From assembly GCA_036386955.1 (NCBI GenBank), contig DASVUT010000055.1:1-44309 (forward strand): DNA of 44,309 nt, written 5' to 3'. Within the stretch, counting starts at the first letter, position 1. Each line of letters begins with the position of its first letter. Both the position numbers and the translations under genes were made by a program. Positions 1 to 7,512 of this stretch are shown here, in pieces. The notes beneath the pieces are model-generated. The model worked only from the letters and a program-made list of their open reading frames with translations, was not told the origin of the DNA and ran no database searches. This DNA is from Sphingomonas sp. (GTDB lineage Bacteria; Pseudomonadota; Alphaproteobacteria; Sphingomonadales; Sphingomonadaceae).

Positions 1-1158
1 CGCCGGTCGTCGGTCGGTGCAGTCGGTCCCGACGAACGGCTGATAGCGGCGCTGGGGCGTACCGCGTCGCCTGGCGCGGCGCCGGTCAGCGCGATCGGGA
101 TCGAGGCCGCGTTGGGAGCGATGGCACCTGCGTCCAAGCTCGCGATCGCGGCCGATCTCGACTGCTGGCTTGACTGGTGCGGGGGCGAGCACCGGTGCCC
201 GTTCCCCGCCGACGCGGAGGACCTGGTGCGCTATCTGCGCGCGCTCGAGGCGGATGGGCGCAAGCCCGCGACGCTCGCGCGCCGGATCGCGAGCCTGGCC
301 AGCGCGCACCGGATGCTGGGGCACGACACGCCGGCAACGGCCGCGCCGATGGTGCGTCACGCACTTCGCGCTAACAGGCGCCGGCATGGCGCCGCGCAGC
401 GCCAGGCCGCGCCCCTGCGGTTCGGCGGGTCGATGGGCGTCGTGGGTGGGTTCACGATCGCGGCGATGTTGGACGCATGCGCGGGCGATCTGCAGGGCGT
501 TCGCGACGCCGCGCTCTTGTCGGTCGGCTATGATGCAGGCTTGCGCGTCGGCGAGCTCGTCGCGGTCCAGGTCGGCGATCTGCGGCCGCAGCCGGACGGG
601 TCGGGCCTCCTCCATCTGCCGCGATCGAAGACCGACCAGGAGGGCATGGGCGCTTGGGGCTGGCTGTCGCCCGACACGATGCGCCGCGTGGGCGCCTGGC
701 GCGCAGACAGCGGCGTGAGCGACGGCGTGCTGTTCCGCCGCGTCGGGATCGATCGCCGGCGCGCGCGCGCGAAGCAGATCGCGGATGCACGCTGGACCGT
801 CGAGGGTGCGAGCGAAGGCGACGCCGCGGCCGCGACCATGCTGGTGACCTACACCGTGGGCGACCGCGCGCTGACCCGCCAGGGGGTGACGGGCATCTAT
901 CGCCGCATCGCGCTGACCGCGGTCAGGCTGGGGTTCGTGCAGGTGGCGGCGGGCGAGCTGGACGCGGCGATCGCGGCCATCTCCACGCACAGCCTGCGCG
1001 TGGGACTGACGCAGGACCTGTTCGCCGCGGGCGAGGATGGGACGGGGATCGCGCTGGCGCTGCGCTGGTCGTCGCCCTCGACGGCGCTGCGTTATGGCCG
1101 GCAGCTCCAGGTGCAGCACGGCGTCGCCGCGCGCGTCTTGTCGCGGGTCCGGTCGTGA
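1..1158 (+). CDS. Cre-like tyrosine recombinase/integrase (5'-truncated by window edge)
   Basis: Frame is open from base 1 (RRSSVGAVGPDERLIAAL...). Catalytic residues in order: R (GLRVGEL), K (PRSKTDQ), HxxR (THSLRVG), W (LRWSS), Y (ALRYG). N-terminal core-binding segment (DLVRYLRALE...KPATLARRIASL). Confidence 0.9.
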   Translation, partial: RRSSVGAVGPDERLIAALGRTASPGAAPVSAIGIEAALGAMAPASKLAIAADLDCWLDWCGGEHRCPFPADAEDLVRYLRALEADGRKPATLARRIASLASAHRMLGHDTPATAAPMVRHALRANRRRHGAAQRQAAPLRFGGSMGVVGGFTIAAMLDACAGDLQGVRDAALLSVGYDAGLRVGELVAVQVGDLRPQPDGSGLLHLPRSKTDQEGMGAWGWLSPDTMRRVGAWRADSGVSDGVLFRRVGIDRRRARAKQIADARWTVEGASEGDAAAATMLVTYTVGDRALTRQGVTGIYRRIALTAVRLGFVQVAAGELDAAIAAISTHSLRVGLTQDLFAAGEDGTGIALALRWSSPSTALRYGRQLQVQHGVAARVLSRVRS

Positions 1159-1160
1159 CG

Positions 1161-1190
1161 ACATGTAGGAATGTCGACACGCCTACATGT
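1161..1190. repeat. 30-bp near-perfect palindrome immediately after the recombinase stop codon
   Basis: ACATGTAGG-AA-TGTCGACA-CG-CCTACATGT: 9-bp perfect arms and a self-complementary 8-bp core on the same symmetry axis; 13 of 15 pairs match. Confidence 0.85.
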
Positions 1191-1253
1191 GGGCCTACTG
1201 GCCTATGACCGGGCGGGCGACGATCGCGGATAGCGACGGGTCGTCCGATCGCC

Positions 1254-2261
1254 CTATCGCGACGAAGCGCCGGCCCGCGACACGCAGCGAAAGCCGATAT
1301 GGCTGGTCGAGCTGTCGATCGCCTGGGCATGACGCGCCGCGGGGCGGTAACGCTGACAATAATTGGCGGCGCAGAGATGCGATCCTCCTTTGAGGGCCTT
1401 GCGCCCGATCCGGGGTCCCGGCGCGCCTGGTTCGATGCTGGCGCCAAGCGTGGTGCCGCGCGGGTTGGAAGCGGCGCAGCAATCGTTTCGGACCTTGGAT
1501 CCCGACGCGATGCCGTACCAGTCGCGCGTCCATTCCCAGATGTTGCCGATCATATCGTACAGCCCGTATCCATTGGCGGGATATTGACCAACGGGTGTCG
1601 TGCGGTCGTCGCCGTCCGACGTCAGTTTGGCAAAGGGAAACAAGCCTCGCCAATAATTGGCCAGGACCGAACCGCCGGGTTCCAGCGCGTCACCCCAGGC
1701 ATAGTCCGCGCCATCAAGGCCACCGCGCGCGGCATATTCCCACTGCGCCTCGGTCGGCAGTGCCTTGTTCGCCCATCTGGCATAGGCCTCGGCATCGGCA
1801 TAAGCGACATGCACGACCGGGTGATCCATGATGGCGTCGATGCCGCTGTCGGGACCAAGCGGATGACACCAATCGGCTCCCGGCACGAACGCCCACCACA
1901 GGCTATGATCATATAAGGGCACGGGCGCGTTGGTCGGCCGGAACACCAGCGATCCCGCGACGGCTTGATCCGGATCGATGCCGTATAATGCGGCGTCGGG
2001 AGGTATCTGCGCCACGGTGCGATACCCGGTCGCGGCGATGAAGGCCGCGAACTGCCGGTTGGTGACGGGGTGACGATCGATCCGGAACGCATCGACCCGG
2101 ACGCGACGGCATGGGCGCTCCTCCTCATAGAAACGCTCCGAACCCATGGTGAAGATGCCGCCGGGCACCAGAACCATGTCCTGGAATGCCCCGCGCGGCG
2201 GGGGCGGCTCGCTTTGTCGTGCTCGCGGGAAGCGTTTCATAAGCGGGTGCCTATCAAGCAT
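1254..2261 (-). CDS. Formylglycine-generating enzyme (FGE/SUMF1 family, sulfatase-modifying factor)
   Basis: Motifs LPTEAQWEYAARGG, NGYGLYDMIGNIWEW, KGGSHLCAANYCQRYRPAAR (catalytic CxxxxC) and HIGFRC. Start probably ATG 2261 or 2240 rather than 2498, which would overlap the sulfatase. Confidence 0.92.
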   Translation of the reverse strand: MLDRHPLMKRFPRARQSEPPPPRGAFQDMVLVPGGIFTMGSERFYEEERPCRRVRVDAFRIDRHPVTNRQFAAFIAATGYRTVAQIPPDAALYGIDPDQAVAGSLVFRPTNAPVPLYDHSLWWAFVPGADWCHPLGPDSGIDAIMDHPVVHVAYADAEAYARWANKALPTEAQWEYAARGGLDGADYAWGDALEPGGSVLANYWRGLFPFAKLTSDGDDRTTPVGQYPANGYGLYDMIGNIWEWTRDWYGIASGSKVRNDCCAASNPRGTTLGASIEPGAPGPRIGRKALKGGSHLCAANYCQRYRPAARHAQAIDSSTSHIGFRCVSRAGASSR

Positions 2262-2322
2262 GACGGAGCCTATCCACCGCCGGGCGCGCTTTGCCTCCGA
2301 CCGCCTGGGCGATAGGGATAGG

Positions 2323-2336
2323 CGGAACCGGTTCCG
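2323..2336. promoter_or_regulatory. Perfect 14-bp palindrome in the divergent FGE/sulfatase intergenic region (candidate operator)
   Basis: CGGAACCGGTTCCG is its own reverse complement and lies about 12 nt upstream of the sulfatase RBS. Confidence 0.55.
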
Positions 2337-2358
2337 ACCGGCATGGGCGGAGGTTTCG

Positions 2359-4113
2359 ATGACGCACCGGGTGCTGAGCCTGCTGACAACCGCGCTGACC
2401 GCGCTGGTCGCGCCGGCGATCGCGCGGACGGATGTACCGCCGCGCCCGCCGGCCCCTGCCCGCATGGCGCAGGCAGCCCGTCCAAACGTGATCGTCATCC
2501 TGGCCGACGATATGGGGTTTTCGGATGTCGGGTCCTATGGCGGCGAGATCGCGACCCCGCATCTCGATGCCCTTGCCGCGGGCGGCATTCGTTTCACGCA
2601 ATTCTACAACAGCGCACGGTGCAGCCCGTCGCGGGCCGCGCTGATGACGGGGATCTATCCGCATGAGGCGGGGATGGGGCATCTGGAGGGCACTGCGGAG
2701 CCGACATCGCGCGGGCTGCGGGGCAGGCTTTCTGACCGGGCGGTGACGATCGCGCAGGTGCTGAAGCCGGCGGGTTATTTCACCGGCATGGCGGGCAAAT
2801 GGCATCTGGGCACGGCGCCGGAAACATCGCCACCCGCCCGGGGTTTCGATCGATCGATCACCCTGCCCGGAGGAATCTATTTCCGCGATCAGCCGACCAC
2901 CAGAAAGGCCGCGATCGACGGAAAGAGGGTCCCGCTGACGTCTCTGCAGGTTGGCCCGAACGGGTGGTACGGCACCGATCTTCTCGTCGACTGGACATCG
3001 CGTTTCGTTCGGGAAGCGGGTGACCGGCGCCAACCCTTCTTCCTCTATCTCCCCTTCGTCGCGCCTCATTTCCCGGTCATGGCACCGGCGGACGAGATCG
3101 CCCGCATCAAGGGCAGATACAGGAGCGGCTGGGACGCGCTGCGCGCCGCGCGGCTGGCACGGCAAAAGACCCTGGGCCTGATCGATCCGCGAACGAAGCT
3201 GCCCCCGTTGCTCGACGAGAATTATGATTGGAACCGCCTGTCGTCTGCCGACAAGGAGCGGTTCGACACGATGATGACGGTCTATGCCGCCGCGATCACT
3301 CGGATGGACCGGGCGATCGGCAGGCTGGTCGCGGATCTCGCGTCGCGGGGCGAGCTCGACAACACGCTGATCCTGTTCATGTCCGACAATGGCGGCACCG
3401 CCGAAGGCGGGCCCGATGGTCGCACGATCGGGTCTCCGCTGGGGGGAGCGACATCGACCCTGATGACGGGGCTGAACTGGGCCACGCTGCAGAATGCGCC
3501 GTTCCGATATTTCAAGAGCTTCACGCACGAAGGCGGCATCGCGACACCGCTGATCGCCCACTGGCCCAAGGGTATCGCGACCGCGATGCGCGGCACCCTG
3601 GTGCGCGATCCGGGACATCTTATCGACGTCATGCCGACGGTCGTCGCGCTCAGCGGCGCATCCTATCCGGCCAGATACGGCGCGCACGCGATCCTGCCGA
3701 TGAAGGGTCGCAGTTTCGCGCCGGCCTTTACGGGCCAGAGGCTGACGCGCGGCGAGCCGATCTTCTGGGAGCATGAGGGCCACCGCGCCATTCGTGACGG
3801 CCAATGGAAGCTGGTGGCGCGGCGCGGCATGCCGTGGGAGCTATATGACATGACCGTCGACCGGACGGAAACGCGCGACCTGGCAGGGGCGGACCCGGTC
3901 ATCGTCCAGCGTATGGCCGGGCAATGGGACGCCTGGGCCGCGCGGTCGTTCGTCGATCCGTGGCAGGGCAAGGAGAATGCCGGCGTGTTCAAGGGCAGGC
4001 TGGAGGGCGGAGGATGGCGGAGGCGGACGCTTGCCGGGCTCGCTCTCCTCGTCACCGCGATCACCGCCCTGTTGGCGGTCCTATGGTGGCGACGGCGAAC
4101 GGTCGCCGCATAG
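2359..4113 (+). CDS. Arylsulfatase (type I, Cys-type) with N-terminal signal peptide and C-terminal membrane anchor
   Basis: RPNVIVILADDMG, CSPSRAALMTG (CxPxR), GKWHLG, APHFP, SDNG, HEGGIATP. ATG 2359 is preceded by GGAGG and followed by a hydrophobic signal ending APAIA. C-terminal hydrophobic helix flanked by RRR. Confidence 0.93.
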   Translation: MTHRVLSLLTTALTALVAPAIARTDVPPRPPAPARMAQAARPNVIVILADDMGFSDVGSYGGEIATPHLDALAAGGIRFTQFYNSARCSPSRAALMTGIYPHEAGMGHLEGTAEPTSRGLRGRLSDRAVTIAQVLKPAGYFTGMAGKWHLGTAPETSPPARGFDRSITLPGGIYFRDQPTTRKAAIDGKRVPLTSLQVGPNGWYGTDLLVDWTSRFVREAGDRRQPFFLYLPFVAPHFPVMAPADEIARIKGRYRSGWDALRAARLARQKTLGLIDPRTKLPPLLDENYDWNRLSSADKERFDTMMTVYAAAITRMDRAIGRLVADLASRGELDNTLILFMSDNGGTAEGGPDGRTIGSPLGGATSTLMTGLNWATLQNAPFRYFKSFTHEGGIATPLIAHWPKGIATAMRGTLVRDPGHLIDVMPTVVALSGASYPARYGAHAILPMKGRSFAPAFTGQRLTRGEPIFWEHEGHRAIRDGQWKLVARRGMPWELYDMTVDRTETRDLAGADPVIVQRMAGQWDAWAARSFVDPWQGKENAGVFKGRLEGGGWRRRTLAGLALLVTAITALLAVLWWRRRTVAA

Positions 4114-4122
4114 GACCAGGCA

Positions 4123-4569
4123 TCAGCAACGGCGCGCGCCCAGGCGCTTGCGCGCTACCGCCGGGTCTTCGAACAGGTCGCGAATGGCGCGGCGTTTGAA
4201 CGCGTTCCACCAGCGTTGCCACCGGTGTTCGGCCGCGTCGTGGAGCATGTGGCAACGCTGACACAGCGCCGCCAGATTGGTCGCGGTATTGTTGCCCGGA
4301 TCGTGATCGAGATGCGCGCAGGCAAGGACCACATAGGTCGTCCGCACCGCGCCGAGCACGAAGCGGGCACGGATGGTGCGGCCGCGATCCGAGCGCCAGC
4401 ACCGCGCCTCGGCATCCCACCAGCGACCGTCACCCAGATGTGCGACGAAGCGGCAATGGGGTCTCGCGCACCGTTCGCACCGTGCGCCGGCGCGGCCGAA
4501 CCGGATCTGCGCGGATAACTGCGCCCAGTCGATGGGGTAGAACCAGCGATTGTCGGGGTGGATCGGCAC
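4123..4569 (-). CDS. HNH-like Zn-binding protein (putative endonuclease)
   Basis: CERC ... AHLDHDPGNN...NLAALCQRCHMLHD matches the HNH/Zn-finger arrangement. Likely start GTG 4569 (MPIHPDNRWFYPIDW). Confidence 0.7.
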   Translation of the reverse strand: MPIHPDNRWFYPIDWAQLSAQIRFGRAGARCERCARPHCRFVAHLGDGRWWDAEARCWRSDRGRTIRARFVLGAVRTTYVVLACAHLDHDPGNNTATNLAALCQRCHMLHDAAEHRWQRWWNAFKRRAIRDLFEDPAVARKRLGARRC

Positions 4570-4600
4570 CCTAACTCTATGAGTCAGGTGCGATCCGAAC

Positions 4601-4651
4601 AAAAGGGGGAAAAGGGGTGAGTATCCGCTTTGGCCGGATGCTCACCCCTTT
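4601..4651 (-). terminator. Rho-independent terminator downstream of the metalloprotease
   Basis: Stem AAAGGGGTGAGTATCCG / CGGATGCTCACCCCTTT, followed on the minus strand by a T-rich tail, a few nt after the stop codon. Confidence 0.75.
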
Positions 4652-4656
4652 GCCGA

Positions 4657-6765
4657 TCAGATGGTGCTGTTGGGCACCGTCAGGATCAGGTCGCTCGGCA
4701 GGAACGGGTTGGTTCCGAGCGCAACCGTGAAGTCGGCCACGCCGTCGCCATTAACATCGCCCGCCAGGAAGGTGTTGCGCCCTTCGGTATAGGCACGCAG
4801 CTCACCTGCGGCACCCGAGAACGCGCGCGTGCCGACATAGGTGAAACCCTGCTGACCATCGGCATTGGTGTTGCCGTCGATCGCCGAGAAATCGAGCTTG
4901 TCCTCGCCGCGGCGGAAATCGATGATCGTGTCGCGCGAACCGTCGCTTTCGGTGAACACGAACACGTCGCGCCCGCTGCCGCCGGTCAGCGTGTCCGCGC
5001 CGGCCCCGCCGATCAGCCGATCGGCGTCAGTGCCGCCGATCAGCACGTCGGCGCCGGCTCCGCCGATCAGCACGTCGGCACCCGCGCCGCCATCGAGCCG
5101 ATCGCTATCCGCGCCGCCATCGAGATTGTCGTCGCCCACGCCGCCAAACAGCGTGTCGGCACCGGCATCGCCGAACAAAGCATCAACGCCGTCATCACCA
5201 TTGAGCGTGTCGTTGTCGATGCCGCCATTCAGGCGATCGTTGCCGTCACCACCAGAGAGGACGTCGGCACCCACACCGCCGTCGAGCGAGTCGTTGCCCA
5301 GGCCGCCCAGCAGCCGATCGTTGCCGGCATCGCCCGTGATGGTGTCGTTGCCCGCATTGCCGGTCAGCACATTGTCGACGCCGTTGCCGATGATCCGGTC
5401 GTTGCCCGAACCGCCCACCGCATTCTCGATCGTCGCGCCGTAGGCGATGCCGACATTGTCGGTCATCCGTGCGCCATTCTCATCGCGGTTCGCCAGCGCC
5501 GCCTTGTTGCCGTTGAAGGTCGCCAGCGATGTCGGCGCGTAACCGAGCAAGGCACGGTTGGCGTTGATCTGTTCGAGCGTCAGCGCCATCGCCTCCGCCT
5601 TGGTCAGCCCGCCGATGCTGGAGAGCGAGCCCGCGTTGAGGTTGATCTCCTGATTGGTGGCATAGCCCGACGCATCGAGCGTATCGATGCCACCGGCATC
5701 CCAGATCGTCACGGTTGGCGCACGGGTAGCGCTGAAGTCGAACACTTCCTTGCCGGCGGTGCTGTTGAAGCCATAGGTCGTGTCGCCGGTGCGCGTGGTC
5801 GTATCGACGCCGTACATCTTCTGCACGGCCAGGATGTCGTGGATCATCGGCGTCCCGCCATAAGCGACACCCATGACGCTCCAATCGAAATCCCGCGCGC
5901 CGATGTCGCGCGGGAGCCAATAGGACATGATCGAATAGTTCAGCGCATCCTGATAATATTCGGCGCCATTGGCGTAGGTCTGCGAAAAGCCGGGCGCGAA
6001 ATTATAATTACCGGGGTGCGACAGGCCGATGGCGTGGCCAATCTCGTGGGTCAGCGTGCTGATCCCGTAACCGCCGGGCCGGAACTGAAAGTTGCTCGCC
6101 TGGCTCGCCGAGATCCAGACGTCGCCGGCAAGCCCTGCGATCTGGTTGCCGTAATACTCCGCCAGTGCCCCGCCCGGACCGAAGTCTCCGGTCGGAAGAT
6201 AGGCATAGGCCTGGGTTTGCGGTGCGCTGGCGAGATTGCCGAAATTGATATCGGCCAGGTCCGAGCTGGTTTCACGAAAGCTGACCGCGGCGACATCGTC
6301 CCAGAACCCGATCGCCAGACGCGTGGCGGTGCGCTGTGCCGTGTTGAAGGCGGCGAAGTTGAAATATTCCTCGAACGCGGTCAGCCGCCCGGTTCCGGGA
6401 TCGGTGAAGACATAGCCGTTGCGGAACAGGCTGGCCTGATTCTCGTGGAAGCCGAAGTTGATGACCTTCGTGTCGCCGCCGCGCTGCAGCAGGTCGTTGG
6501 GGCCGTTGCCATATTGGCCACCCGTGCGATTCAGATAATCGGCGATCTGATCGGGGGTCCAGATCGGCTTGCCATTGGCGGCAGTGGTGCCGCCGCGATC
6601 GTCGACCGAGGCGCCTTCGCCGACCACCGTTCCATTATCCGCCTCATCGGCGAGGCGCACGACGCGGCCCGAGCACAGGGCGCACCCGCACCCTGCCAGG
6701 CTGCCATGCTGGGTCGGTTCAATCTCCGCCTGAATTTCGGCGTTGGCGTACAGAATTGGCCTCAT
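4657..6765 (-). CDS. Serralysin-like M10B zinc metalloprotease with RTX repeats (type I secretion substrate)
   Basis: [11 protein letters not shown] zinc motif, Met-turn [39 protein letters not shown], GGxGxD repeats and C-terminal DTIIDF...[12 protein letters not shown] 6765 has an AAGGGGA RBS. Confidence 0.93.
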   Translation of the reverse strand: MRPILYANAEIQAEIEPTQHGSLAGCGCALCSGRVVRLADEADNGTVVGEGASVDDRGGTTAANGKPIWTPDQIADYLNRTGGQYGNGPNDLLQRGGDTKVINFGFHENQASLFRNGYVFTDPGTGRLTAFEEYFNFAAFNTAQRTATRLAIGFWDDVAAVSFRETSSDLADINFGNLASAPQTQAYAYLPTGDFGPGGALAEYYGNQIAGLAGDVWISASQASNFQFRPGGYGISTLTHEIGHAIGLSHPGNYNFAPGFSQTYANGAEYYQDALNYSIMSYWLPRDIGARDFDWSVMGVAYGGTPMIHDILAVQKMYGVDTTTRTGDTTYGFNSTAGKEVFDFSATRAPTVTIWDAGGIDTLDASGYATNQEINLNAGSLSSIGGLTKAEAMALTLEQINANRALLGYAPTSLATFNGNKAALANRDENGARMTDNVGIAYGATIENAVGGSGNDRIIGNGVDNVLTGNAGNDTITGDAGNDRLLGGLGNDSLDGGVGADVLSGGDGNDRLNGGIDNDTLNGDDGVDALFGDAGADTLFGGVGDDNLDGGADSDRLDGGAGADVLIGGAGADVLIGGTDADRLIGGAGADTLTGGSGRDVFVFTESDGSRDTIIDFRRGEDKLDFSAIDGNTNADGQQGFTYVGTRAFSGAAGELRAYTEGRNTFLAGDVNGDGVADFTVALGTNPFLPSDLILTVPNSTI

Positions 6766-6807
6766 GTCAGTCCCCTTTGGCGTGGCCATTCCGGCCTGTG
6801 ATATGGA

Positions 6808-7317
6808 TCAGTGGATCGGGCGCGGCCCTGGTCGGCCGCGCCATGGCAGGATCTGCGACAGCGGAACCGACAGCGCGGCGTCGAGCTGTGCGTCGTTTGC
6901 CCCGGTCGGCATCGCGCGCGGCTCGGCCCCGAACAACAGCCCGGTTCCTTCGGCGTTACGATAAGGCCGGATCGATACCGCCATCATCCCCGCGGTGCCG
7001 CGGGTGGAGGCGTGGACGAGCAACGTGATCGTGCTCGCATCGAACATCTGCGGATCGCCGATCGATACCGCCGCAATCGGAACCGGCGCACCGGCCGCGG
7101 CAAGCGCGCGGACCCGGGCGCAGAGCCGATCATGGAGCACGCCCGTATCGACGCCGCGATCGGTGTTGACCAGGCAGGTGACGCCGACCCGGGTTACGCC
7201 GCGCCACAGCGCCGTCGGGGTGTCGGCCGATACAGGCGTGGCGATCGTCAGCGCGGCAACCGCCAGCGCGCCGATACCACTCCCTGTCCGATCCCCTGCC
7301 ATGGCGTACGGGCCCAT
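6808..7317 (-). CDS. Hypothetical exported protein, co-oriented just upstream of the protease
   Basis: 169-aa ORF with a signal-peptide-like stretch (ALAVAALTIATPVSA) and two Cys; 42 bp from the protease start. Start 7317 or 7302. Confidence 0.6.
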   Translation of the reverse strand: MGPYAMAGDRTGSGIGALAVAALTIATPVSADTPTALWRGVTRVGVTCLVNTDRGVDTGVLHDRLCARVRALAAAGAPVPIAAVSIGDPQMFDASTITLLVHASTRGTAGMMAVSIRPYRNAEGTGLLFGAEPRAMPTGANDAQLDAALSVPLSQILPWRGRPGPRPIH

Positions 7318-7449
7318 GCCTTTTTCTGAAGAAGGTCATGGTTGAGTAATATTCACCGCAACGTCAACAGCTTTCGTTTGTTCCCGGAAAAGAAACCTCG
7401 AAAAAAGAGGGGCTTCGCCAGTTGTGGAGTGTCACGCGATGGGTGCGCC

Positions 7450-7487
7450 AAAGAAAATGGGCCGCCGCGTCGCCGCGACGGCCCGTT
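7450..7487 (-). terminator. Rho-independent terminator of the large RTX gene
   Basis: Minus strand GGGCCGTCGCG-GCGA-CGCGGCGGCCC-ATTTTCTTT: GC-rich stem, GNRA loop and U-tract, about 25 nt after the stop. Confidence 0.8.
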
Positions 7488-7512
7488 ATCCGGATGCTTG
7501 AAGGTTAAGCGC

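Noticed and set aside
2146-2498. Overlapping N-terminal extensions of the FGE and sulfatase ORFs
   Set aside because: Artefact of longest-ORF calling; RBS and signal peptide support starts at 2359 and about 2261/2240, leaving a normal divergent intergenic region.
1-4600. Prophage, on the basis of integrase plus HNH
   Set aside because: No structural, terminase or replication genes; these genes fit a plasmid or island backbone equally well.
4630-6801. 723-aa plus-strand ORF, and similar antisense ORFs at 14481-16355, 2254-3804 and 17890-19197
   Set aside because: They lie opposite motif-bearing genes, have no motifs of their own, and are expected in high-GC DNA.
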